Shown here: positions 1 through 11,300 of the stretch, one piece after another | Numbering within the stretch: position 1 is the first letter of the stretch | How the letters are laid out: every line of letters starts with the position of its first letter | DNA from: Octopus sinensis | Taxonomy: Eukaryota | DNA: 64,000 nt | Assembly (NCBI RefSeq): GCF_006345805.1 | Contig: NC_042997.1 | Location: 15,314,001 to 15,378,000, forward strand | Reading direction: 5' to 3' | Made by a program: the position numbers and the translations under genes | Notes under the pieces: generated by a model | Databases searched by the model: none | Seen by the model: only the letters and a program-made list of their open reading frames with translations | Told to the model about the DNA's origin: nothing

Positions 1-229
1 CACTGCCAGATCTGACTGGCCTGGTGCAGCCTTCGGGCTTCCCAGACCCCAGTTGAAGCGTCCAACCCATGCTAGCATGGAAAGCGGACGTTAAACGATG
101 ATGATGATGATGAATAAAAGTTGTCTACACAAACAAGGATACATACATACATACACACATATATATATATATATATATAAACATACACACACACATTTAT
201 ATATTTCTAATCAAACAAATGAATCTTAC

Positions 230-334
230 TTAACATCAGTGATTGATTCCATTACATTCATTTCATTGCAGAGTTTTTTAGTTTGCCACTCGAGGGCAGC
301 TACATGTCCTTTTTTCCCTCCAAGAAGCAGGTGT
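230..334 (-). CDS. WDR46: WDR46 coding exon 6
   Basis: ttttacag|ACACCT...GTTAA|gtaaga; [35 protein letters not shown]; phase 2-2. Confidence 0.93.
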
Positions 335-3300
335 CTGTAAAAAAAAAAAAATAATAATAATAATAATAAAACTATATAACTTTGCAATAACAGTTAGACT
401 ATCTTTTTCACTGATGAGGTTAAATGAGACCAAAATATGCCTGGAGTTGTCACTGTATACTAAGGCTCAGACTTACATGCTGACTGCATTCGATATTGAA
501 TTTAAATTCCATGGGTTGTATCCCCTGCCTTTCTTGACCGGAGTTAGTCATTAAGATAATGTTTCATTCTTTTCCCAAAAAGTGTAATTCTAATTAAAAT
601 GGTTATAAGAGACTGTGAGAAATGTTACCTAGTTTTTTACATAAAGAATATTTCATGAAACTATACCAAAGCCAGTACCCAAGACTGAGAGACAACAAAT
701 ATGAGTTGTCCATTTTCTCAAATAGAAGAGAAAAGTTAGGAATGTAGTGAAAGTACATTTCATCAACTTTATTCTTTCTTACTACAAACTGAACAAGCAC
801 TCGTGTCAAAAGATATCATTAAATTTATTAACAATTTATTAACAATTAATTAACAATTTATTAACAATTAACAAGTAAAACCTTCATACCTTCCATTCCT
901 TGTATAATCAATTTTGTATGGCCCAAAGTTCAAATCTAAGCCAAAGTACTGAAAAAAAAAAAGAGTAGGAACAAAAAATCAAATAAATATATAAATTGAA
1001 GTATAGGCGCAGGAGTGGCTGTGTGGTAAGTAGCTTGCTAACCAACCACATGGTTCTGGCTTCAGTCCCACTGCGTGGCATCTTGGGCAAGTGTCTTCTG
1101 CTATAGCCCCGGGCCGACCAATGCCTTGTGAGTGGATTTGGTAGATGGAAACTGAAAGAAGCCTGTCGTATATATGTATATATATAAATATGTATGTGTG
1201 TGTATGTGTTTGTGTGTCTGTGTTTGTCCCCCTAGCATTGCTTGACAACCGATGCTGGTGTGTGTTTACGTCCCCGTCACTTAGCGGTTCGGCAAAAGAG
1301 AGACTGATAGAATAAGTACTGGGCTTACAAAGAATAAGTCCCGGGGTCGATTTGCTCGACTAAAGGCCTTGCTCCAGCATGGCCGCAGTCAAATGACTGA
1401 AACAAGTAAAAGAGTATAAGGTTGTTGGGAGCAGAATTTAATGAGAGGTGATGGTAGAAAGTCAGGGGACATAACTGATGGTAAAAGAATGTGATCAGAG
1501 TTAAGAATAAGGTATGGTGAGGTTATTGAAAAAGCTATTGGGTCATCCCATAAATAATGCAGTTTTTTTTTTATACTTCTTTTATTTTTCAAAATTAAGA
1601 TAAACCAAAGTTGTTTTTTAATCTAAAATAAAGTCTCTTTCATTTTCTACAATGTTCTTGCATCTATCTGGTAGACTTGCAAACGCCCTTCTTCCAAAAT
1701 TCATTTGTCTGTGATGAAAATTACACTTCCAGTACTGTTCTGACCTCATCTACAGAATTCGTATTTTTTCGTCCAAATGATTTTGAAGACTACAGAATAA
1801 ATGATAATCAGATGGGGCAATGTGCGGCGAATATGGTGGGTGGGGCATTGTTTCCCATTCAAACTGCTCCAGCCTTTGGAATGTCATCCTCGCTGTATGT
1901 GGCTGAGCATTGTCCTGATGGAAGAATTCCTTTCGTCTTGAAACCAAAGACAGTCGTTTTTCTTCTAGTGGTGACTTAACCCTTTCGTTACCAAACCGCC
2001 CAAAGCCGCCCCAAAATTTTGGTTAATGTGACCAACCCGCCAGAATTTACCTATTCATATTTAAATGAGAATATCAGAGCAAATCTCTTTAGTACATTCG
2101 TGAAAACACGTATTATACTTCGTAAACAGTTCAACTACAGTTTTGTACAATAATCGAAGTGTAATTTTAATTCCGTGAATTTTGAGAGATTTTTTTCCGA
2201 AATTTGTTCCTATTGTGTTTTCAAAATTTGTAATTCTGACAAAAAATGGATACGAATTTCATTATATCAAGCAGCGAGTCAGAATTCGAAGGATTTTCTA
2301 CTGAAGACCTTCATAAATCTAACTCTATGACTGAAAAAAAAAAGCACATGGTATTTGATAATGAATCTGATGTTTCATTTTCCGAAAGTGAAAACAGTGA
2401 ATTCGAGAGCTCCGACAGCGATAAAGAAAATGAATTGGCACCTGAATGGAGTGAAAATTTAAAAACTGTTTCTTTCGGTGATTTTTCTGAAGAAACTGGC
2501 CCAAGCCACAGACTTTCCCAGAGGAGTAAAGCCTTAGACTATTTCTTTTTACTTTTTCGAATGAGCCTATTTGAAATCATTACGGCGAAAACGAACTGTT
2601 ACGCTAAACATAAACAAAGCGAAAGAAACGATAGTTTGTGGTTTCCCATAACCTTAAATGAAATTAAGACTATTTTGCCATAAATATTATTATGGGTATC
2701 AGAAAGTTACCCAGAATAACAAATTCTATCGTAAAATTTTGTTGTATACCCAATTGAATATTAGCTAATAACCCATTTTCTATAGCGATGTTTGAACAAA
2801 ATTTTAATAATTTTATATATTGTTGAATTTACCTGTATCTACCTGCAATTAGAGTCACTTTGTGACAAAAATTGTAGTATAGAATTGGTTGAGAATATTT
2901 CATTAAATTATCTTCCAAAAATCAGATTAATATATTGATAAATAAAAAAGTTATAGTTGTTTAATGAAACCAGACTAAATTTATGATTACGTTAGAAATT
3001 AATTGAAACACATAAGGGGTGTATTTTGGTCAGAAATATAGTAACGAAAGGGTTAAGCTGCTCACAGTAGATCTCCTAAGTTATCATTTGGTTTGTTTTC
3101 AAAAGTTCAAAGTGGACTAAATCTTTCATATCCAACCAACCAGATAACAACACCTTACGTGGGTGAAGACTTTCTTTAGCCTGGGGTGCTAGTGTTTCCT
3201 TTCCCTACCCACTGTCTTTGGCGTTTGACATTTTTATAGAGAACCCATTTCTCATCACCAATTACTATTCAGTCCAAAAAAGGTTCGTTTGTGAGACATG

Positions 3301-6300
3301 ACAGCAAAGAACACATATTCACTCTCTGAACGTGATTAGACTCGGAAAGTTTGTGAGCAACCCATTGACTCAATTTGCTGACTTTTCTAATGGCATGCAG
3401 GTGTCAATGAATGACCAAATTCAAGCTTCTCTGCTAGTTCTTCAACAGCTACGATGGGATTTTGTTCCACCAGGATTTGCAGAACATCCTTGTCAAGCTC
3501 TACAGGACAAAGCTCGTCTTCTAGGCTGTAGTTTCCGGGTTAGAATTTCTGTAACCACCGTTGACACTGGTTTACGCTTATTGCCCAATCTCCATATACT
3601 GCATTAATATTCCTTGCACTTTCCATTGCATTGTTGCCTTTATTGAACTCATAAAGCAAAACATGCCGAATATGCTCGTTTGTCACTTCCATTATAGCTT
3701 TGAAAAAATAACTGTTAAAATCGAACAGCACTCTTCAAAATTTGCACTAAGAATAAGCACAAGGTAAAATTACTACTTGCTTTCATAGCAAGTTGATGCA
3801 AGTAGTTTATCCTGTCTCCCTCCGACATTTAGTTCATGCAGTTGAAAAAATGGCATTATTTATGGGATGACCCAATATATACATAGGAAGTTGTTATATA
3901 TAGGAAATGTTGTGTAGGGAGTGGAGGATAAAAGAGATTAGAGGAAAGATAAAAATAGATGACAGAGAAGAAGGTGGTGATACATCGGAAATTACGAAAC
4001 ACAATGTAGAGATACACTGAAAATAAAGGAAGTGAGGGTTGTAAATGATGGAGATGAAGTAGGTTAATGACTGTAAATAATGGAGCAAATAGGCGCAGGA
4101 GTGGCTGTGTGGTAAGTAGCTTGCTAACCAACCACATGGTTCTGGGTTCAGTCCCACTGCGTGGCATCTTGGGCAAGTGTCTTCTGCTATAACCCCGGGC
4201 CGACCAATGCCTTGTGAGTGGATTTGGTAGACGGAAACTGAAAGAAGCCTGTCGTATATATGTATATATATATAAGTGTGTGTGTATGTATATGTTTGTC
4301 CCCCTAGCATTGCTTGACAACCGATGCTGGTGTGTTTACGTCCCCGTCACTTAGCGGTTCGGCAAAAGAGACCGATAGAATAAGTACTGGGCTTACGAAG
4401 GATAAATCCCGGGGTCGATTTGCTCGACTAAAGGCGGTGCTCCAGCACGGCCGCAGTCAAATGACTGAAACAAGTAAAAGAGTAAATATTGTAATTAATA
4501 ATGTCTTTGTAAGACTTCAAAATGATAAAAAAAAAAAAATCTGAATAATTTTAATTAGTTTCACAGGATAGAGTTGATTTATTTTATTCTTTCACTTTAA
4601 AACAAGAAAGAAAAAAATTAAATAACAAAGTTGATATTCATAGACAAAAACCTACTGCTATTTACCACTATTAGCAGGAGCAATCAGCTTTGCTATACTG
4701 GCATGGATTGGACAGAACCATTACTGATATGGGGTTACAGTCCTTTGAGCGTTTAGGGACCACCTCCCATATGTACATACTCTTTTTGACATGTTTTCTA
4801 TGGTTGGATGCTTTTCCTATTGCCAACCACTTGCACTGGATGAAGCTTTTCTTCAAATGCCTCAAACAAAATGTTGGTAGTGAAACCCTCAAGACTGTTT
4901 ACCCTTGGGTAGCTCAAGCTGATGTCATCACAGTGAATGCTTCAAAGATCTTATTCTAATCAGAATAAATATTTTTATGACGTTAGAAACCACATCTATA
5001 ATTTTTGCACTCACATTGTATTTCTCTAAGTTTGTCAAACTTGTCTTGTGAACACTGAGAACTTGCTTAAAATAAACAGCCAAGATTGGATGGAACTTCC
5101 CAGCAAAGTTATCAGACCATGGTTTTCAAAATTAATTGATATGACAGGGTTAAACTTTGGGGTTTTCTTACAGTTAGGATGAAACTTTTTTGATAAGAGA
5201 CATAGGGATATGCCTTAGTTAAAATATGATACTACAACCTAAGTCTTATAGCGTATCATCTCAAACAGACATTTTACTCCAACTTTTCTCATTCATAAAT
5301 AAATAAATAAATAAATAAATACAAATATACCAACCTTAGTGGCACTTGTAATATCAACTGATGCTGCAATAGAGTCTTGGTCTATTAGTCGTATATCACT
5401 TGATCTGGAAAAAAATAATTTTCGTCATTGCTATCATAACTTAGCTAACTTTTTTACTCTGTATAATACAACACAACCAACATATACTATCTTCTGCCAT
5501 ATAATCACCATGAGAGAATAAACTATATTAATAGCTACATCAATCTTCACTAATAATTACAACAACCTATTTTTTATGTCTTTCTAATTATCTATCTTGT
5601 GTGTATTCAGTATATACTGAGTATCAGGTTGGCTTAGCTCATCATGTTCCTTAAAGTTTCATGGATGTAAAAACATGACCATCTCCTCAGACATTGGAAA
5701 GTAATGTAAAGAATAAAACAAATTGGTAGTGGATTTATCTGTACCACATTTCCTTCTTTCCTTTCACCCTCAACTCCCGATGGAGTTGTAAGGATGCTGT
5801 TATGATACCGTTACCTGGGGCATTTTTAGCCTGGAGACGCTCATCTTTCTCCAGGGTCACAATATAAACCAATAAAAAATAACACAAGGCAATGAAGGAG
5901 TCTCTACCTACTAAATATAGCAGCCAAATCATTCCACAAATTACTCCTAACTCAAGGACACATACGATAATGTAGCCCTAGATACACTGTTTTTGAATAA
6001 AAAATGAAATATAAACACACATAACATGCTACTCTTCACCAATTGCAAAACACTGCAAGCTTCTATGAGAGTTTTGCCTCCTGCTTGGATGGGAGACACC
6101 CTTATCTTGTTTGCTCAATTAGAAGCAAATTTTACAGCAAACAGAGAAACAACAGAGGCACAAAAGTATAACATTATATTAAGTAACCAATTTGACTATA
6201 AAAAAGTGGTAAACTCCTGACGTGATCACGTAGATAAACCACCACATCATAAAAGTATCGACACTTGTGAAAAATATATAAAATTTTCAGCTGGTGTGTT

Positions 6301-8272
6301 TATGTCCCCGTTACTTAGCAGTTCGGCAAAAGAGACCGATAGAATAAGTACTGGGCTTACAAAAGAATAAGTCCCGGAGTTGATTTGCTCGATTAAAGGC
6401 GGTGCTCCAGCATGGCCGCAGTCAAATGACTGAAACAAGTAAAAGAGTAAAGAGAGAAAATAGATGACAGTTTCATTACACAAAATTTTAAGTTGAAGGA
6501 AAAAGAATGCTGAAGAAATAAACAATAGTTATAAGAAGTTTTAACTGCACTTTCTAGCATATTAATATTATATCAGAAAGCAGAACCGAAATTGAGGTCG
6601 ATCAACATCAGTGGAAATTGCAGCTGTGGTTAAGCGAACCATCCGATCGTGGCCTTTGCTGGCGCCGCCCCATTTGGCCTCCGTGCCGGTGGCACGTAAA
6701 AGCACCATCCGTTCGTGTCCGTTGCCAGCCTTGCCTGGCCCCCGTGCCGGTGGCACATAAAAGCACCATCCGTTCGTGGCCGTTCGCCAGCTCCGTCTGG
6801 TACCTGTGCGGGTGGCACGTAAAAAGCACCCACTACACTCACGGAGTGGTTGGCGTTAGGAAGGGCATCCAACCGTAGAAACACTGACAGATCAGACTGG
6901 GCCTGATGCAGCCTTCCGGCTTCACAGTCCCCAGTTGAACCGTCCAACCCATGCTAGCATGGAAAGTGGACGCTAAATGATGATGATGATGATTTCATAG
7001 CTGTTGAAAGCATCATTTCAATAGAGCAAAATTTTCTTTTTGAAAATTATAATATATTTGAATGGAAGAAAATATTAAAGAGTTTGAAATGTCTTATTTT
7101 GATAGAGGATATATGCAAGTTCTATGACAGTTTTGCTTCCTACTTGGATGGGAGATACTCTTATCTGGTTTGTTCAATTAGAAGCAAGTTTTGCAGCAAA
7201 CAAAATAAATACAGAAGCACAAAAGTATATAATTATGTTGAGTAACCAAAACGACTATAAAGACACAAAAAAATTAGAAAATCATTAGTTTTATATTACC
7301 CAACTGTATCTTGTAACAAGAGTTCACTCCGAGCAGACTGTTCAATAGCAAATTGATTCTTCCGTTTTTTACTTATATAGCAATCCCTGTGATATTTGGT
7401 TTTGAAATTTTTCTGTATAGAGAAAAAAACAACTTTATATCAGGAGATATTCATTGTCATAACTGAAAAAATGTATTCACACATAACATTTCTCACATGA
7501 AAAAGGGTTGATGTTATTTTAATATGGATCTCTGAGAAGGGATGACACGATTGAGAGAGGGTGATGTAATTTTAAGATGGATCGTTCGTAAGATCCATCC
7601 GTTCATGGCCGTTGCCATGTAAAAAGCACCATCCGTCCGTGGCCGTTTGCCAGCTCTATCTGGCACCTGTGCGGGTGGCACGTAAAAAGCACCCACTACA
7701 CTCACGGAGTGGTTGGCGTTAGGAAGGGCATCCAGCCGTAGAAACACTGCCAGATCAGACTGGGCCTGATGCAGCCTTCTGGCTTCCCAGACCCCAGTTG
7801 AATCGTCCAACCCATGCTAGCATGGAAAGCGGACGCTAAATGATGATGATGATGATGATGATGATCTACAAGAGGAATTGAGGGTGACTTTAATATAGAT
7901 CTTGAAGAGATGATAGAAATTAAAATAGAGTAAGATTATACTGAAAGTTAAAAAAGAACGAAAGGTAACCCTCACATTAGGTGTAGGAGTGGCTGAGTGG
8001 TAAGTAGCTTGCTTACGGACTACATGGTTCCGGGTTCAGTCCCACTGGATGGCACCTTGGGCAAGTGTCTTCTACTATAGCCTCGGGCCAACCAAAGCCT
8101 TGTGAATGGATTTGGTAGACGGAAACTGAAAGAAGCCCGTCGTATGTATATGTATATATCAATCTGCCAGATCAAGATTGGAGCCTGGTGCGGCCGTCTG
8201 GTTCGCCAGCCCTCAGTCAAAATCGTCAAACCCATGCTAGCATGGAAGGCGGACGTTAGACGATGATGATGA

Positions 8273-8358
<86 letters not shown>

Positions 8359-11300
8359 ATGATGATGTGTGTGTATATGTTTGTGGTTTGTGTCTGTGCT
8401 TGTCCCCCCAACATCGCTTGACAACTGATGCTGGTGTATTTACGTCCCCGTAACTTAGCGGTTCGGCAAAAGAGACCGATAGAATAAGTACTAGGCTTTC
8501 AAAGAATAAGTCCTGGGGTTGATGTGCTCGACTAAAGGCAGTGTTCCAGCATGGCCACAGTCAAATGACTGAAACAAGTAAAAGAGTATTAAAGCCCAAT
8601 GAAGGACTAATCAAACAGCATGATGACTCAGCAAAACTGAAATACCATATCAGCATGGCTGCAGCCTTGTTAGCAGATGAACATAGAAGATGGTGAAAGG
8701 GAGTTATGTCTCTTGGTATGTACCTATGTTATCACCAGTCTGGGGATTTTCATTGATTGCCGTTGCCAGTATACCACCTAACTGGCCCTCGTGCCGGTGG
8801 CACGTAAAAGCATCCACTACACTCTCAAAAGTGGTTGGCGTTAGGAAAGGCATCCAGCTGTAGAAACTCTGCCAGATCAAGATTGGAGCCTGGTGCAGCC
8901 ATCTGGTTCACCAGCCCTCGGTCAAAATCGTCCAACCCATGTCAGCATGGAAAGCAGATGTTAAACGATGATGATGATTAAAAAACTAATGTTGGAGTTA
9001 GTAAAACACAAAGTGGTGGATCAGAAGCTGATGTAGGTCTTGACTGTAAGTGTGATACGGTCAGCCAATGGTAATCATTATGATAGAGATGGTGAGTTTC
9101 ATTAACTTCATTTATGTTGTTGGCATATCACTGAAAATAAGTGTTTCACCTGTGAGAGTTAACTAGAGTTGTAACAAATAAATATATGGTATGATGATGA
9201 ACCAGAACCTGAAGACTTTCAATTTGAAATATAGTTTTTGAAGACTGTGCATCATTCCAGACATAAAAACAATGCTATATAGTGACATATACTTACTCCA
9301 AGAAATGTCAACAGATGCTAAAAGGTTTCATCATCATCATCGTTTAACGCCCGCTTTCCATACTAGCATGGGTTGGACGATTTTGACTGAGGGCTGGCGA
9401 ACCAGATGGCTGCACCAGGCTCCAATCTTGATCTGGCAGAGTTTCTACAGCTGGATGCCCTTCCTAACGCCAACCACTCCAAGGGTGTAGTGGGTGCTTT
9501 TTCTACTTTATAAATTACAAATGCAAAATGTTTTTTCTACTATAGGAAATGATACCACAAATTGAGAATTCTAGTTGTTCTATAACTTGTAGTTGTGAAC
9601 AGTAGAGTTAAACATGCACAGAACAAAGAATATTTTCATTATCTTCTATCTTTTACTTGTTTCAATCATTAGACTGCAGCCATGCTGGGGCACCGCCATT
9701 GAGAAATTTCTAATTTTTTTCCTAGTCAAATGGATTCCAGTATTTATCATTTAAGCCTGGTACTTATTCTATCAGTCTCTTTTGTCAAACTGCTAAATTA
9801 CGGGGTCATAAACACACCAGCACCAGTCGTCAAGTAGTGGTGGTGGTGGGGACAAAAGCAGACACAAAGATGCGCGCATGCACACACACAACAAGCTTCT
9901 TTCAGTTTCCATCTACCAAATCCACCCACAAGGCTTTGGTCAACCTAAAGATATAGTAGAAGACACTTGCCCAGCATGCCACATAGTGGGACTGAACCTG
10001 GAACCATGTGGTTGGGAAGCAAGCTTCTTACTACACAGCCATTACTGATAAATTTTTTAAAATGTGAGATGATGATGATGATCATCATCATCATTTAACA
10101 TCCGCTTTCCATGCTAGCATGGGTTCGACGATTTGACTGAGGTCTGGTGAACCAAACTCCAATCTGATCTGGCAGAGTTTCTACAGCTGGATGCCCTTCC
10201 TAATGCCAACCACTCCGAGAGTGTAGTGGGTGCTTTTACGTGTCACCGGCACGAGGGCCAGTTTGGTGGAACTGGCAACAGCCATGCCCAAATGGTGCTT
10301 TTTATGTGCCACCTGCACTGGCGACGACCTCGCTCGAATATTTCACATGCCACCAGCACAAGTGCTAGTAAGGTGATGTGGTAACGGTCACGCTCAAATG
10401 GTGTGTTTAACGTGCCATCGGCATGATGGCCAGCTTGTTGCCCAGGCAACGATCTCACTCGTATGGTACTCTTAGCGATCCACTAGCAGCAGATGCCAGT
10501 CACCGAGTTGACTGTGAGATAATGATGTGAGATAATTAAGAAAGAGTTAATATAACTGATACAAAATAGCAGTAAATGAGAAGTAAAATAATCAGGTGCA
10601 CAGACCATTTTATTACAGATGTTACATTGTGTCCTTCAAGTCAAGACTCTCAACTCTACTTAACAAAAGCTTCCTGGTGAATTAGGAAATCATTAAAGTT
10701 ACCAGAAATACTCACCACATCTTTTGTAGCATTTCCTCGTTTATATTTTTTCAACTCTTTCTTATCAACAGGAACACGTCCTTCATATGGATCCTGAAAA
10801 GAAGGATAAATAATCTTATTAATAGTTCCAAAAGTTATTGTCCAATAGTAGCAGGGGTGTGGAGTCAAGGTTAATATAAATGTACCGACACAGCTCTAAT
10901 TACATGTATGCAAATTTTAACATAATGCATTCAAAATTCACAGGTACTAATTGGACTGTTTTCTGTACTAAAAGTAATTAAATCAGATCTAAAGGCTTCT
11001 ATGAAAGAGGACTTGCAAGAGGTAAAATGTTAGTAAATTTTAGGTTTGGATTTCTGACTTAGGCCTTATTCTACAGACATATTTCTTTAATAAATTTGAA
11101 AGAGATAAATTTTTCAATTTTTTACAAGAAAATTTTTGTTACATTCACATAAATTTTATATTCAAAAGGGATGTGTTATGTCCCTAATAGGGGTTAATTC
11201 TTTTAAATGGCTATTTAACACATTAACCACCACATATACTACCAGTGGTTTATCACAAGCTTTACACAACTGCCATATGCACCACCAGTGGTACATTTTC

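Noticed and set aside
509-530. Minus-strand GGCAGGGGATACAACCCATG resembling the U1 snRNA 5' stem
   Set aside because: No ATACTTACCT 5' end, no Sm site and no downstream U1 similarity.
979-1248. Recurrent ORFs such as MSSNARG...DRLLSVS...[12 protein letters not shown] and MFIERKHLKLH...
   Set aside because: Translations of SINE families A and D repeated at each copy, not a gene family.
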